From the sequence record PV435126.1: a stretch of 64,000 nucleotides of DNA; one strand, 5' to 3'. This stretch comes from Escherichia phage EPFV3-03/2025. The notes under the pieces are model-generated. The model saw only the letters and a list, made by a program, of their open reading frames with translations. It ran no database searches and was not told the origin of the DNA. The position numbers and the translations under genes are program-made. Shown one piece after another: positions 49,144 to 58,169 of this stretch. Within the stretch, counting starts at the first letter, position 1. Each line of letters opens with the position of its first letter.

Positions 49144-52100
49144 ATGAGCATGTGGTCGTTCGATTTTGAGGCCTCTGGCTTGCTGGAAGACCCAGATCTT
49201 TATTATCACTGCGGTTTGTTTAAAGAGCTGAATAAGAACCGTTTTATGCTGTTCCTCCCCCTAAATGACCGCACACACTACTCTGAAGAGGATGTGGAGA
49301 AAGCTAAGAACTTCATTCTGGCAAAAAAGACCCTTTATACAGATTTTGAGGCTCGCATAGCAGATTTTTCAGAGTTGGAAGGCTGGCTTACAGGTAATTC
49401 AGATTGGTCACCTACGGCTTTGAACTGTCATAACTGCTACAGCTACGACTTTATGCTGATGGAAAGATTATCCGGTATTCATTTTGATATGTTCCGTGAT
49501 CCTAAATGCATGGGAACTATCAACGACCACCAGGTTAATCTGTTTGATACGTTAGCGATGAGTCGAATCTTGTGGCCTGACCGCCCTTTGCCAAAAGGTT
49601 GTCCGGACGCAGTATTCAATCCAGTTACCAAGAAAATGCAGCCTGTTGGGCCTCATGGCCTTATGGCATGGGGCTATGCCCTTGGTAACCAGAAAGTTCA
49701 AATCGATGACTGGCGTGAGCTTCCGCTGTGGAAGTATGTGGATCGTGTGTTCGAGGACGTTATCATTCAGGAGTTGCTCTGGAAGGAGTTGGTAGCTGAA
49801 TCAAAAGGTGTATTCTACGGCAAATCTGACATGCAGAACTTTATGTATGACCCTGCCAAAGAGAAGCCTAAAGGATTCAAGAAGATTACCTGGAAGAATG
49901 CATTACGCCGAGGCATGCTGCAGCATTTCCTGATGGAGCTGCAGGCTCGACAGGGTGTGTATTTCGACATAGATGGGGCTATTGCTTTACGTGACCGCTG
50001 CGATGCGTGGATGAAAGAGATCGCTGATCGTGTTGAACCACAACTTCCTTTAAAAGAGTTATCAATGTCTCAGCGGCCTAAGTTCCCTGAAAAGCCGTTT
50101 AACCAGGATGGGACAATCTCTAATAACGGTTGGAAATGGTTAAAAGACAAGCTTGGCTATCCTGTGGATATGGGTGCTTTAGAATTCAAAGCTCCGCCTA
50201 AGCGAGCCTTTACCTCCACAGGAGATGTCAGCAAAATGGGGATAAAATGGTGTGAAGAGATGGGCTGCAAAGACCCCGATAAGATGGCTGATTTCTTAAG
50301 GGGGTATATTAAAGGAACCTCTACACCGCACCCTTTACCTAAAGAACTAATGGATCAGGCAATAAGTGATCTGCAGCAGAAGCGGATGCCTGACTGCAAG
50401 ATACCTATGAAGATCAGCAACCAGGACGACATCAAGCGATACCTGATCAGTGCTGGTTGGCTCCCAACAATGTGGAGAACTAAGGATGTAACTAAAGACA
50501 GCAAGAAGAAAGCTTTACCTGATGCAGATGTTGATGCACGAGTATATGCATATATGGACGAGCTTTTGGAGTCAGAGTATTGTGACCTGATTATCAACTT
50601 CTGGAACAAAACTGATGCCAAGTTCCAGACAACCGTGCACAAGTTCCGAAGCTTCCCTAACTCAGAAAGGATTAAAAAGGAAGTGTTTGGGAAGATACGT
50701 AGAAAAGCCAGAGCGCTTATTACTTCTCCGCAACTGAAAGATACGTTTGGACACCTGTGCCCGAATCTTGAAAAATTGAACGGGGAGATGGCTAAAGATA
50801 TCGTTTTGTGGTTATCATTGCGAAACCGCAGATCGGTCCTTGATCCAATCAAGGAGGATAAGGTTGATACTGGTCTTCTTAATCATCCACGTTTGAAGAT
50901 TGACCATAAGCTTCCTGCTAAAAGTTCTGGATTAACAAACACTTCAAGACAGAAACACAGCATTTGTGCAAACATGCCTAAACCATCTCCTAAAGTGGTT
51001 ATGGGTAAAGAGATGCGTAGTCTGTGGGGTGTTCCTCCAGGATACTTTGAGATCGGTATTGACGGGTCTAACTTAGAGCAGCTTATTGGGGCTTGGGGTG
51101 CCTTTGAGTTTGACAACGGCCTGTATTATGATGTTGTAAGTAACGGCGATGCACACTGTTATTCAGGAGATACACAAATTCTCACGGAGAAAGGGTGGGT
51201 GAGGTTTGAAGATCTTGATCCGGGAACACAAGTGTTCCAGTACGATCACAACACCTCGTCGATGAACCTTGTTACTCCATTAAATTACGTTAAGCGTAGT
51301 TATTGTGGGGATATGTATCATTTCCACAACAGCAGTGTGGATTTTATGGTTACAGATCAACACAGGATGCTGACCGTGGATCACAGAAGCAATAAATTGT
51401 TTGAAGATTTGGCAAAAGACCTGAAAGCAGGTAAAGGGTCTAATTCAGGAAGAAGGTTTATCCATGCGGCAGAGTTTTATGGGAATACAACCTTATCTCC
51501 TGCCCAGGTTAATTTGCTTATTGCTATTCACGATGATGGGTACTTGCATACAAATAAGGACGGCAGCATCGTGTGCAGGATTCAGGCCGGGAAGGGCAGA
51601 AAAGTTGCAACGCTTTTAGATACTTTTTCTGCTCTAAGCCTTAGTTATGTAGAGCAGAGCGGGAAAACCACAAAAGGAGGCTTACTGGCGAGAAGGTTCC
51701 AATTCCACGTTCCGTCCTGGGTATTTGAGTTTTTGGACAGCAATAAGGATTTCACCTACAACCTGATGGACCTTGATAAAGAATCTAAAAACCTGTTTAT
51801 AGCTTCTTTATCTAACTGGGACGGGTGGGTATCTCCCGAAGGTGGAAAAGTTGCCTACTACTCTCAGGCCGAGTGCAGGAAGAAATCTGTAGAGGTTGTG
51901 TCTGCGCTGGCTACTCAGTGTGGTTTACGGAATAATACGGTGGCGATTCACAAAAAAGGTCGTTCCGTACAGCACAGAATCACGATTGGTAGCAAACAGA
52001 GAGCAGGGTTGCTGACACTATCTAAAGAGCCTGTCGGGGTGAGCGGTTCTTTGGTTTATTGCGTTACCGTCCCTTCTGGAGCAATCATTGTGAGAAGGAA

Positions 52101-52536
52101 TGGTAAAGTGGCAGTGTGCGGTAACTGTAATAACGCCAAAGCTTACTCTTCTGTAGCAGGCAAGGAGATTTCCCGTAACGATGGTAAGCCTGTCACGTAC
52201 GGTGTTATGTACGGGGCACAAAAAGATAAAGTTGCAGACATGCTGGATATCTCTCCAGAGTTGGGGCAAAGGGTAATCGATGCGCTTTGGGATGCCAACC
52301 CAGGTCTTAAGGGGCGTAAAGAGGATCTGGAGAAATTCTGGGAAGCAACAGGTAAGAAATTTATCTACTCTTTTGACGGTCATGCCATCTGGACCCGATC
52401 TAAACACTCTTTACTTAATGCATACCAACAGAATGGTGGTGCATCGTTGTGTGACTTAGTTGGGATACTCATGCACCACCAAATGGTGAAGCGTGGGTGG
52501 TACGATGAAGGTGTCCGTCGTATTATTTATTACCAT
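49144..52536 (+). CDS. family A (T7-like) DNA polymerase, exon 1, containing an in-frame intein
   Basis: ExoI-like FDFEASGL and YHCGLF at the N-terminus; motif A-like GIDGSNLEQLIGAW; motif B-like RNDGKPVTYGVMYGAQ. The track ORF stops at HK* exactly where motif C (HDE) is expected; reading resumes in exon 2. Confidence 0.8.
51157..52125 (+). mobile_element. intein with LAGLIDADG-type homing endonuclease domain, inserted in the DNA polymerase
   Basis: 323 codons between polymerase motifs A and B. Begins CYSGDTQILTEKGW (intein block A), block B-like VTDQH, LAGLIDADG-like LLIAIHDDGY and FIASLSNWDGW, ends ...VAVCGN followed by Cys (+1). Flanking exteins (NGDAH / CNNAKAY...) align with the T7 polymerase GDIH-TKNQ region. 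Confidence 0.75.
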
Positions 52537-52812
52537 AAATAACATTGTGGCTTCATAGAGTAATCTATGTCGAATAACCTCTTTAACTGCGGGAAGCCTA
52601 AACCTTATGGCAAGGTAATCCGCAACGAAGCGCTCAAAAGAGCGAACGCTCAGAGGCCATTCCGAAAGGAAGTAGACCAGCAAGTGCGGTCGAAATGGGA
52701 GGATTCCTGTGGTTGCTTATCATAGGAATATGAGATGGTCCGATCCTACGTGAAAACGTATGGCTATGCACGTAATGGTGCGGGGTAGCTTAACGACCTA
52801 CCTGAACTATTG
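52537..52812 (+). ncRNA. group I self-splicing intron (no ORF) in the DNA polymerase gene
   Basis: 276 nt between exon 1 (ends ...YYH, last nt U) and exon 2 (DEYQ...). P-like AACUGCGGGAAG (~52585), Q-like AAUCCGCAAC (~52617), R-like GUAGACCAGCAAG (~52670), S-like GAGAUGGUCCGA (~52731). Possible P1 pairing of exon CCAU with intron GUGG; intron ends in G. Confidence 0.7.
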
Positions 52813-53166
52813 GATGAGTACCAACTTCAAGTCCCTGACACGCCTAAGTATAAGACTGTGTACACCTTCGACACAATTGAAGAACTGGAAGCATTTAAGG
52901 CAGAACAGGAGGCCAAACTTCATGTGTTTGACGGTCATAAGTACAAAAAGGCACGCAAGGATGAGAACGGAAACGAAGTGGTTGACAGAGACGGAAACAC
53001 GGTGTACGATCCTATTCTGAACGATGACGGAAAGCTTGAACTTATCTGGAGCCCTGTGGGTGAAATGGTGGTGCATTGCTTCTGGCAAGCTTCTAAAATG
53101 ATGGGCGTCCCGTTCCAGATCACAGGTGAATACCTGTGCGGTCGTAATTGGGGTGATTGTCACTAA
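52813..53166 (+). CDS. family A DNA polymerase, exon 2 (motif C to C-terminus)
   Basis: In the track as ORF 52810-53166 with an artefactual TTG start. Encodes DEYQLQV... (completing HDE) and ends ...GRNWGDCH, paralleling the T7 polymerase C-terminus ...GPNWAICH. Confidence 0.75.
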   Translation, partial: DEYQLQVPDTPKYKTVYTFDTIEELEAFKAEQEAKLHVFDGHKYKKARKDENGNEVVDRDGNTVYDPILNDDGKLELIWSPVGEMVVHCFWQASKMMGVPFQITGEYLCGRNWGDCH

Positions 53167-53215
53167 TGTAAACTATCAACACATGGAAGTGTTGTTGAGC
53201 AAAGAGGAGACTTTT

Positions 53216-53500
53216 ATGGTAGTAGAACCGACAAAAACATTTACCTCCATGACTATTCCTGTTATTATGCAGGTAGAGTGCGTTCAGGTGTCCCAAGTGT
53301 GGCCAGGTACTAAAATTCCAACAGGGCCTGATTTCTTCCAGGTTGGAAAGGTGTACAATGTATGGAAGGCACCGGATTGTTACCCTTTCATTAAAGATGA
53401 CCGTGGAATGTTATGGTATCTGGGAAATGATTTGACACTACATCTTGGAAATGCTATTATTGCAGTGTTCCGGCTCAACAAGAAGGGGGCAGATCAATGA
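53216..53500 (+). CDS. small protein, paralog family member 1
   Basis: Track ORF 53126-53500; likely start ATG 53216 after AAAGAGGAGA. Shares the pattern F..G..Y.V....D..G..W with the next two ORFs. Confidence 0.45.
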   Translation: MVVEPTKTFTSMTIPVIMQVECVQVSQVWPGTKIPTGPDFFQVGKVYNVWKAPDCYPFIKDDRGMLWYLGNDLTLHLGNAIIAVFRLNKKGADQ

Positions 53501-53724
53501 CAACTTTGGTTAAAGCTACGTTTGTAGAAGAAAAGATGACAGGCTTGTCATTCTTTAAAGAAGGAAAGACCTACAAGGTTTATTACGATAAGGATCGCGG
53601 AAACAATATGATCGAAGACGAGGAAGGTATTTCCTGGTATATCTCTCACCTGGCAAATGGTGAGTATCATATCTATGGAACCACCCTACTTGCCAAGTTT
53701 GTAGCTGCTGAAGAGGATCTATGA
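53497..53724 (+). CDS. small protein, paralog family member 2
   Basis: 75 aa; FFKEGKTYKVYYDKDRG...DEEGISWYI. Confidence 0.45.
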   Translation: MTTLVKATFVEEKMTGLSFFKEGKTYKVYYDKDRGNNMIEDEEGISWYISHLANGEYHIYGTTLLAKFVAAEEDL

Positions 53725-53915
53725 AAGTAAAGTATCTGGCTGAAGGTATGAGTAGGTATTTTACCCTTGGAGAAGAGTATTGGCCCTTTACGGAAAATGG
53801 AGATGTATACGTGAAGGATGACCAAGGTGTGCCGTGGTTTCTGCACCATAATGGGTTGGGGTATTCCATCTACTGCGGTGCAGTGAACAACACAACCCTT
53901 GCAGAGTTTGTCTAG
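53721..53915 (+). CDS. small protein, paralog family member 3
   Basis: 64 aa; YFTLGEEYWPF...DDQGVPWFL. Confidence 0.45.
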   Translation: MKVKYLAEGMSRYFTLGEEYWPFTENGDVYVKDDQGVPWFLHHNGLGYSIYCGAVNNTTLAEFV

Positions 53916-53925
53916 AGGAGGCAGA

Positions 53926-54297
53926 ATGTTAGTAAAAGGTACCCACACAGTCAAGCAACGTATTGAGGTTGAGATTGATGATTGTGAGCTGAAGCATATC
54001 TTACGGTCGTGCTCCAACGTTTTGCTCCTCAGTATTCTCCAGGAGCGAGCGGAGAACGAGTTCTTAAATGCACTGGCAGGCCGTCCTGGGGACTTCTGTG
54101 TGCGTAAGCGTGAAGATCATAAGTCATGGTTGTGGGAAATCGATGCCGACTGGGATTACCACAAAAATGAGGGCATAGATGAGCCTATTCGTGAATTGAC
54201 AGATAAAGAGATTCAGATGTACAATGAAGTTTGTCATTGGGCAAAACGCCAACAAATTTACCTCGACCCTGCGTGGATGATTGAAAATAGCCATTGA
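53926..54297 (+). CDS. hypothetical protein
   Basis: Track ORF 53899-54297; ATG 53926 after AGAGGAGG. Confidence 0.45.
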   Translation: MLVKGTHTVKQRIEVEIDDCELKHILRSCSNVLLLSILQERAENEFLNALAGRPGDFCVRKREDHKSWLWEIDADWDYHKNEGIDEPIRELTDKEIQMYNEVCHWAKRQQIYLDPAWMIENSH

Positions 54298-54322
54298 CAA
54301 GAAGTAAGATTGGGTATAAGAT
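54294..54322 (+). promoter_or_regulatory. sigma70-like promoter (TTGACA-17-TAAGAT)
   Basis: Consensus -35; upstream of 54374. Confidence 0.4.
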
Positions 54323-54373
54323 GCTTCACACAAACAGAGAGTTTATTTTTAAATAATTAAGGAGACTGCTAAG

Positions 54374-54628
54374 ATGAAAATCACTTTGAAGCCAGAATGT
54401 GTTGCAAATGACCGAGCTTTTAAAGATTGCACAATCGGTGCAATTTATGAAGCAGAGTTTTGTGAGAACCCTCTGGTAAAAGCCCTTCTGGAAGAAGGGG
54501 CACCTTTATCACAAGAAGAACTTGATGAGTTGGAAAACTCAGCCCAGTGCCTTACCTTTAAAGATGATGAAGGAGATTCTGTCTGGTGCACTGTTAACGA
54601 AGTAGTTTTTGTAAAACCTGAGCATTAA
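54374..54628 (+). CDS. small protein (KDD-G-D family)
   Basis: 84 aa; RBS AAGGAGA; paralogous to 54692-54964 (KP..L..D.AF.DCT....Y). Confidence 0.5.
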   Translation: MKITLKPECVANDRAFKDCTIGAIYEAEFCENPLVKALLEEGAPLSQEELDELENSAQCLTFKDDEGDSVWCTVNEVVFVKPEH

Positions 54629-54631
54629 TAC

Positions 54632-54660
54632 TTGACAACATCGATAGGGCCTAATACAAT
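54632..54660 (+). promoter_or_regulatory. sigma70-like promoter (TTGACA-17-TACAAT)
   Basis: Good -35 and -10 with 17-nt spacer; overlaps the track ORF start, so the downstream ATG 54692 is the likelier start. Confidence 0.5.
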
Positions 54661-54691
54661 GGCTCTATCAAAACGGAAGGGGACCACAACA

Positions 54692-54964
54692 ATGACCAAA
54701 CAGTATCAACGAATTAAAGCCAAGGTTAAGCCAGATTACTTAGAGAAGGACTCTGCTTTTCGGGACTGCACTGCAGATAAAGTTTACACAGGTGCTGTTC
54801 TGTTAAACGATAAATTTGAAGTGGATGGGCTTGGCAAAGAGGCTACTATCAAGGATGACCAGGGAGATTATGTTTGCTGCACCACACGCGAGCTAGAAAT
54901 CTTAGAATACTTCGGTGAAATCTTCACCTCTCTTGATGATTACTTAGATGACGAGGCAGAGTGA
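54692..54964 (+). CDS. small protein (KDD-G-D family)
   Basis: Track ORF 54632-54964 trimmed to the ATG after GGAAGGGGA. Confidence 0.45.
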   Translation: MTKQYQRIKAKVKPDYLEKDSAFRDCTADKVYTGAVLLNDKFEVDGLGKEATIKDDQGDYVCCTTRELEILEYFGEIFTSLDDYLDDEAE

Positions 54965-55365
54965 TGAAAAACATTTGGGATATCAATATCTTTGAAGCCT
55001 CTGAGCTTGACGGTGCCGATGGGGTTATTATAGTTTCTGATGGAAAGGCAACACTGACCTCTGGACTGACCTATGAGGACACTACCTACGCATTGGGCGA
55101 TCTTGCCTTGTTGAAATCAACAGGCGACTCTCTGGAAGAACGTCTGCAAGGATTTGCCTTTAAAGAAGGCACAAACACCACACTGATGTGCACTACACGC
55201 ACTGTTCAGTTGGGCAACGGGGTATATATGGTCATTGCAGTGTGCCCCAAATTCAGCAACATTAATAAAGATGATGCTGACGCTGTCAACGACGTGGTTG
55301 TCCTATTCGTGGGTGACGCTATGGCAGATCTGATGAATGCAGGAGAAGCAGCAAATGAAGACTGA
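54961..55365 (+). CDS. hypothetical protein
   Basis: 134-aa ORF. Confidence 0.45.
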   Translation: MMKNIWDINIFEASELDGADGVIIVSDGKATLTSGLTYEDTTYALGDLALLKSTGDSLEERLQGFAFKEGTNTTLMCTTRTVQLGNGVYMVIAVCPKFSNINKDDADAVNDVVVLFVGDAMADLMNAGEAANED

Positions 55366-55657
55366 AAACATTACACCAGAAGGATTCCTGAAAGTATACC
55401 GTGAACTATTGTATACCACAGAGGATAGTGTTCTAGAGTACCCAGAATATCTTTTGCTATATAAGTATCTGCAGGAAGCTGGTGAAAATCTTCCAATTAG
55501 CGCAGAAGGGGGTCCAAACTGGGTCTACAGTGCATGGAGAAAGGTTGACATTCTCCCAGATCCCGGTAAAGATATGGTAGTTTGGCAGCTTATCAACAAC
55601 ATCGGGATTCCAATCTTTGATGAAGCTGTTAAAATCTATTTTGAACTTGACGATTAA
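55355..55657 (+). CDS. hypothetical protein
   Basis: Track ORF 55337-55657; ATG 55355 after AGGAGAAG. Confidence 0.45.
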   Translation: MKTENITPEGFLKVYRELLYTTEDSVLEYPEYLLLYKYLQEAGENLPISAEGGPNWVYSAWRKVDILPDPGKDMVVWQLINNIGIPIFDEAVKIYFELDD

Positions 55658-55674
55658 TATCAGGAGACCTTAAG

Positions 55675-55920
55675 ATGGCTGAAGTAGTTGCTCGTGCAGG
55701 ACAGAAAGTGCGTTGTGTTGAAGTGGGTTTTGGTGGCAAAGGGTGTCAAAACTTGACTCAAGGTAAGGAATACACTGTTGTTTCTGGCGGTGGTGACAAA
55801 AGTATTGTGTTCGATGACCATATTCTGGATGTTGAAAACTTTGAAATAATTGACGATGATGGTGATCCAATCACCTGCCTGCTGGACGGGAATTGGGGAA
55901 CTTTTGAAGTGATTGGCTAA
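55675..55920 (+). CDS. hypothetical protein
   Basis: 81 aa; RBS AGGAGACC. Confidence 0.45.
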   Translation: MAEVVARAGQKVRCVEVGFGGKGCQNLTQGKEYTVVSGGGDKSIVFDDHILDVENFEIIDDDGDPITCLLDGNWGTFEVIG

Positions 55921-56002
55921 CAAATACCTGTTGTAATTTACAGAAGGAGATGCTAAAATGGTGTCTCCTTTATGTTGTTCAAATAAAATCGGAGATTCCA
56001 TA

Positions 56003-56368
56003 ATGGAACAAATGAACGATCAAGCGTCGGTTGCGATGAACGAGCAAGAACAACCTCAAGAATTTTTCTTAGGGTTAAGCAAAGATCAGGTGTCTCTCCT
56101 GCTAGTGCTCTCTTCTTTCATGGGGAGACTTCAGGAGCTCACACAACAACCAGAGGCTGAACAATTATTTCAGGCTCTGCGCGAAGAAGAAAAATATCGT
56201 CGTTTGGATTATGCCTTAGGTTGGGTAGCTCAGCAACGAGATATGCTAATGGCCCTTTCTGGGACGACAAGTTTTGCAATGGGCCTGTTGGCTCAAGTGC
56301 AAGACAAATTAATTCAAGCAGGGTTTGCACACACAGCAAACACCAACGAAGAACAAGGAGACAAATAA
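56003..56368 (+). CDS. hypothetical protein
   Basis: Track ORF 55958-56368; internal ATG (MEQMNDQ) is the likelier start. Confidence 0.4.
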   Translation: MEQMNDQASVAMNEQEQPQEFFLGLSKDQVSLLLVLSSFMGRLQELTQQPEAEQLFQALREEEKYRRLDYALGWVAQQRDMLMALSGTTSFAMGLLAQVQDKLIQAGFAHTANTNEEQGDK

Positions 56369-57594
56369 TGAGCGTTATTCAACAATTTGCCAACCCGATG
56401 AATCCGCGTGAAACTGTTTTACTGGCTCACGGTATGATTAAACGTGTCAGCATCAAACCTATCAAAGGTGCTGATCCTACAACAGGTATTAAAACCACTG
56501 TGTGGCAAGGTAAGAAAATCGAGTCCAGTCACACCATCTCTTTACTGATTTCTGAACTGGATTCTTCTGATAACCTACTTCAAGGTGGTGAAGAAGTTTG
56601 GATCAGCATGGGTGATAAATTGCTCAAACCAGGTCATCAAGATTCCGTCTCTGTTAAAATTGATGACAAGTGGGAAACAGTAACGCCGGGATGGATCGTA
56701 AATATCCCTTTAAAGGCAAATGAGCATAACGGTAAGACCTACTACAAAGGCTCATTGGCTAAAATGGTTAAGCTGGGGGCAGGAGAGGCTCCAGCAGCAC
56801 CACAGCAACAAAAACAGCAACAAGGCACACAATCACAAGGCCAGAAGCAGAAACCTCAGCAGAATGCCAATCAGGACGTTTTACGCATCTATGGTGATGT
56901 GACTCAGATTGTTGGCAATGTGGTTACTGTCAATGACCACAAGATCGGTGAAGGTGCTATGGTTGTCTCCGATGAGCAGCTTAAAGACCTGATAGTTGGC
57001 GGTCGTGTTGCAGCTATTGTTGACAAAGACACCGGGAATATTATCAGCGGCTTTAAGGCCTACCCACCTAAAGCAGAGAACGGCACTCAAGGTTCTGGTG
57101 GCAAGCGTAAATCCTCTTACGACCCTATTGGTGTAGAGACGGGGCACAGCATCAATGCGTTGCAAATCATCCTAGATCGCGGATTCAAGGTTGACAGCCC
57201 TTTAGATGTGGCTAAAACATTGCACGTGGTCACCATCGAGCTTAAGAAAGAGTACGCTCAAGCCACCAACCGGACCGAAGATGAAGTAGGTGCCAGTGTT
57301 GGTAACGCGGTATTGAACGCTTGTCGCCGTATTGACAAGAAAACGAAAGTTGATGATTTTGCAGCAGCAATTACTGCAGAGGCAAAAGATGTCTTGACTA
57401 ATCTTGCTGAACCGTTGTATGATTGGATCAAGAACGGTGCTGGAGCCACTGACCATCAAGAGCCTCAAGCTGCCAAACAGGAAGGCGCTCCACAGCAAAA
57501 CACTGTAGACGCCCCTCCTGTAGATGATGACGGAGATGACCCGATGGATCAGAATCCAGCACAGTATGACTTCTGTGATGACATACCTTTTTAA
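56368..57594 (+). CDS. putative ssDNA-binding protein (Gln-rich linker, acidic C-terminal DDIPF tip)
   Basis: Track ORF 56221-57594; likely start ATG 56368 after AAGGAGACAAATA. C-terminus ...DDDGDDPMDQNPAQYDFCDDIPF resembles the SSB acidic tail; Q-rich low-complexity linker mid-protein. Confidence 0.45.
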   Translation: MSVIQQFANPMNPRETVLLAHGMIKRVSIKPIKGADPTTGIKTTVWQGKKIESSHTISLLISELDSSDNLLQGGEEVWISMGDKLLKPGHQDSVSVKIDDKWETVTPGWIVNIPLKANEHNGKTYYKGSLAKMVKLGAGEAPAAPQQQKQQQGTQSQGQKQKPQQNANQDVLRIYGDVTQIVGNVVTVNDHKIGEGAMVVSDEQLKDLIVGGRVAAIVDKDTGNIISGFKAYPPKAENGTQGSGGKRKSSYDPIGVETGHSINALQIILDRGFKVDSPLDVAKTLHVVTIELKKEYAQATNRTEDEVGASVGNAVLNACRRIDKKTKVDDFAAAITAEAKDVLTNLAEPLYDWIKNGAGATDHQEPQAAKQEGAPQQNTVDAPPVDDDGDDPMDQNPAQYDFCDDIPF

Positions 57595-57611
57595 CATCTA
57601 GTTAACATAGC

Positions 57612-57638
57612 CCTGCCCGAAAGGGTGGGGCATTTTTG
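57612..57638 (+). terminator. rho-independent terminator (CCTGCCC-GAAA-GGGTGGGG + T-run)
   Basis: Second copy of the GNRA-loop terminator. Confidence 0.6.
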
Positions 57639-57656
57639 TATAAGGAGATCTGAAAA

Positions 57657-58073
57657 ATGACACTAGAAGATATCATTGTTAAACCTGAGAACTATGACCA
57701 ATACAATCTATCAACTCAATCTGTAGATCTTGGATGCGCCACTGTCAGTGCGTGGCTGGTTAACGGAAAAGAGCTGGATAAATGCTTAGAAGCTCACATG
57801 ACTGTTAACAAGTTCCTGGATGAAAATACTCACTGGCTGGAAGGTGCAGGTGTATACGCTTCGTGGCTGGAGAGCATGGGATTTGACTACCAGTCTGAAG
57901 AAGGGTGGTGGAGCTATTTAGCTATCTGTCCAGAGACGTTGAAATGCTTCATGAAATATTCTGAAGATTTGGAGTACCGGGCGGTGGTTGATAGTGCTAT
58001 TGCCCGTTATAGCCGCAAACCTTTTTCCCACGACATTAAAACTGTGGAAGAATTTGTTGAAGTTTTCTGTTGA
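57657..58073 (+). CDS. hypothetical protein
   Basis: 138 aa; RBS AAGGAGA. Confidence 0.5.
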   Translation: MTLEDIIVKPENYDQYNLSTQSVDLGCATVSAWLVNGKELDKCLEAHMTVNKFLDENTHWLEGAGVYASWLESMGFDYQSEEGWWSYLAICPETLKCFMKYSEDLEYRAVVDSAIARYSRKPFSHDIKTVEEFVEVFC

Positions 58074-58098
58074 CACAGGTTGGAAGGTGTGCAATTAT
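58070..58098 (+). promoter_or_regulatory. putative sigma70-like promoter (TTGACA + weak -10)
   Basis: Consensus -35 but poor -10 (AATTAT). Confidence 0.3.
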
Positions 58099-58169
58099 AA
58101 CCTTGCAGAGCTGGAGGGTGTGATGAACGAAGAAAACTGGGATGTGTAACTAACAGGAGGCCACTGCCC

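Noticed and set aside
52540-52812. DNA polymerase as a truncated pseudogene, with 52810-53166 as an independent small gene
   Set aside because: The downstream ORF continues the polymerase precisely at motif C and ends with a T7-like C-terminus, its TTG start has no RBS, and the gap has group I intron P/Q/R/S elements. A split-by-intron gene explains everything better.
56221-56367. N-terminal extension of the SSB-like ORF (track start at 56221)
   Set aside because: The extension overlaps the upstream gene and translates to an Arg/Ser-rich low-complexity peptide; a strong RBS precedes the internal ATG at 56368.
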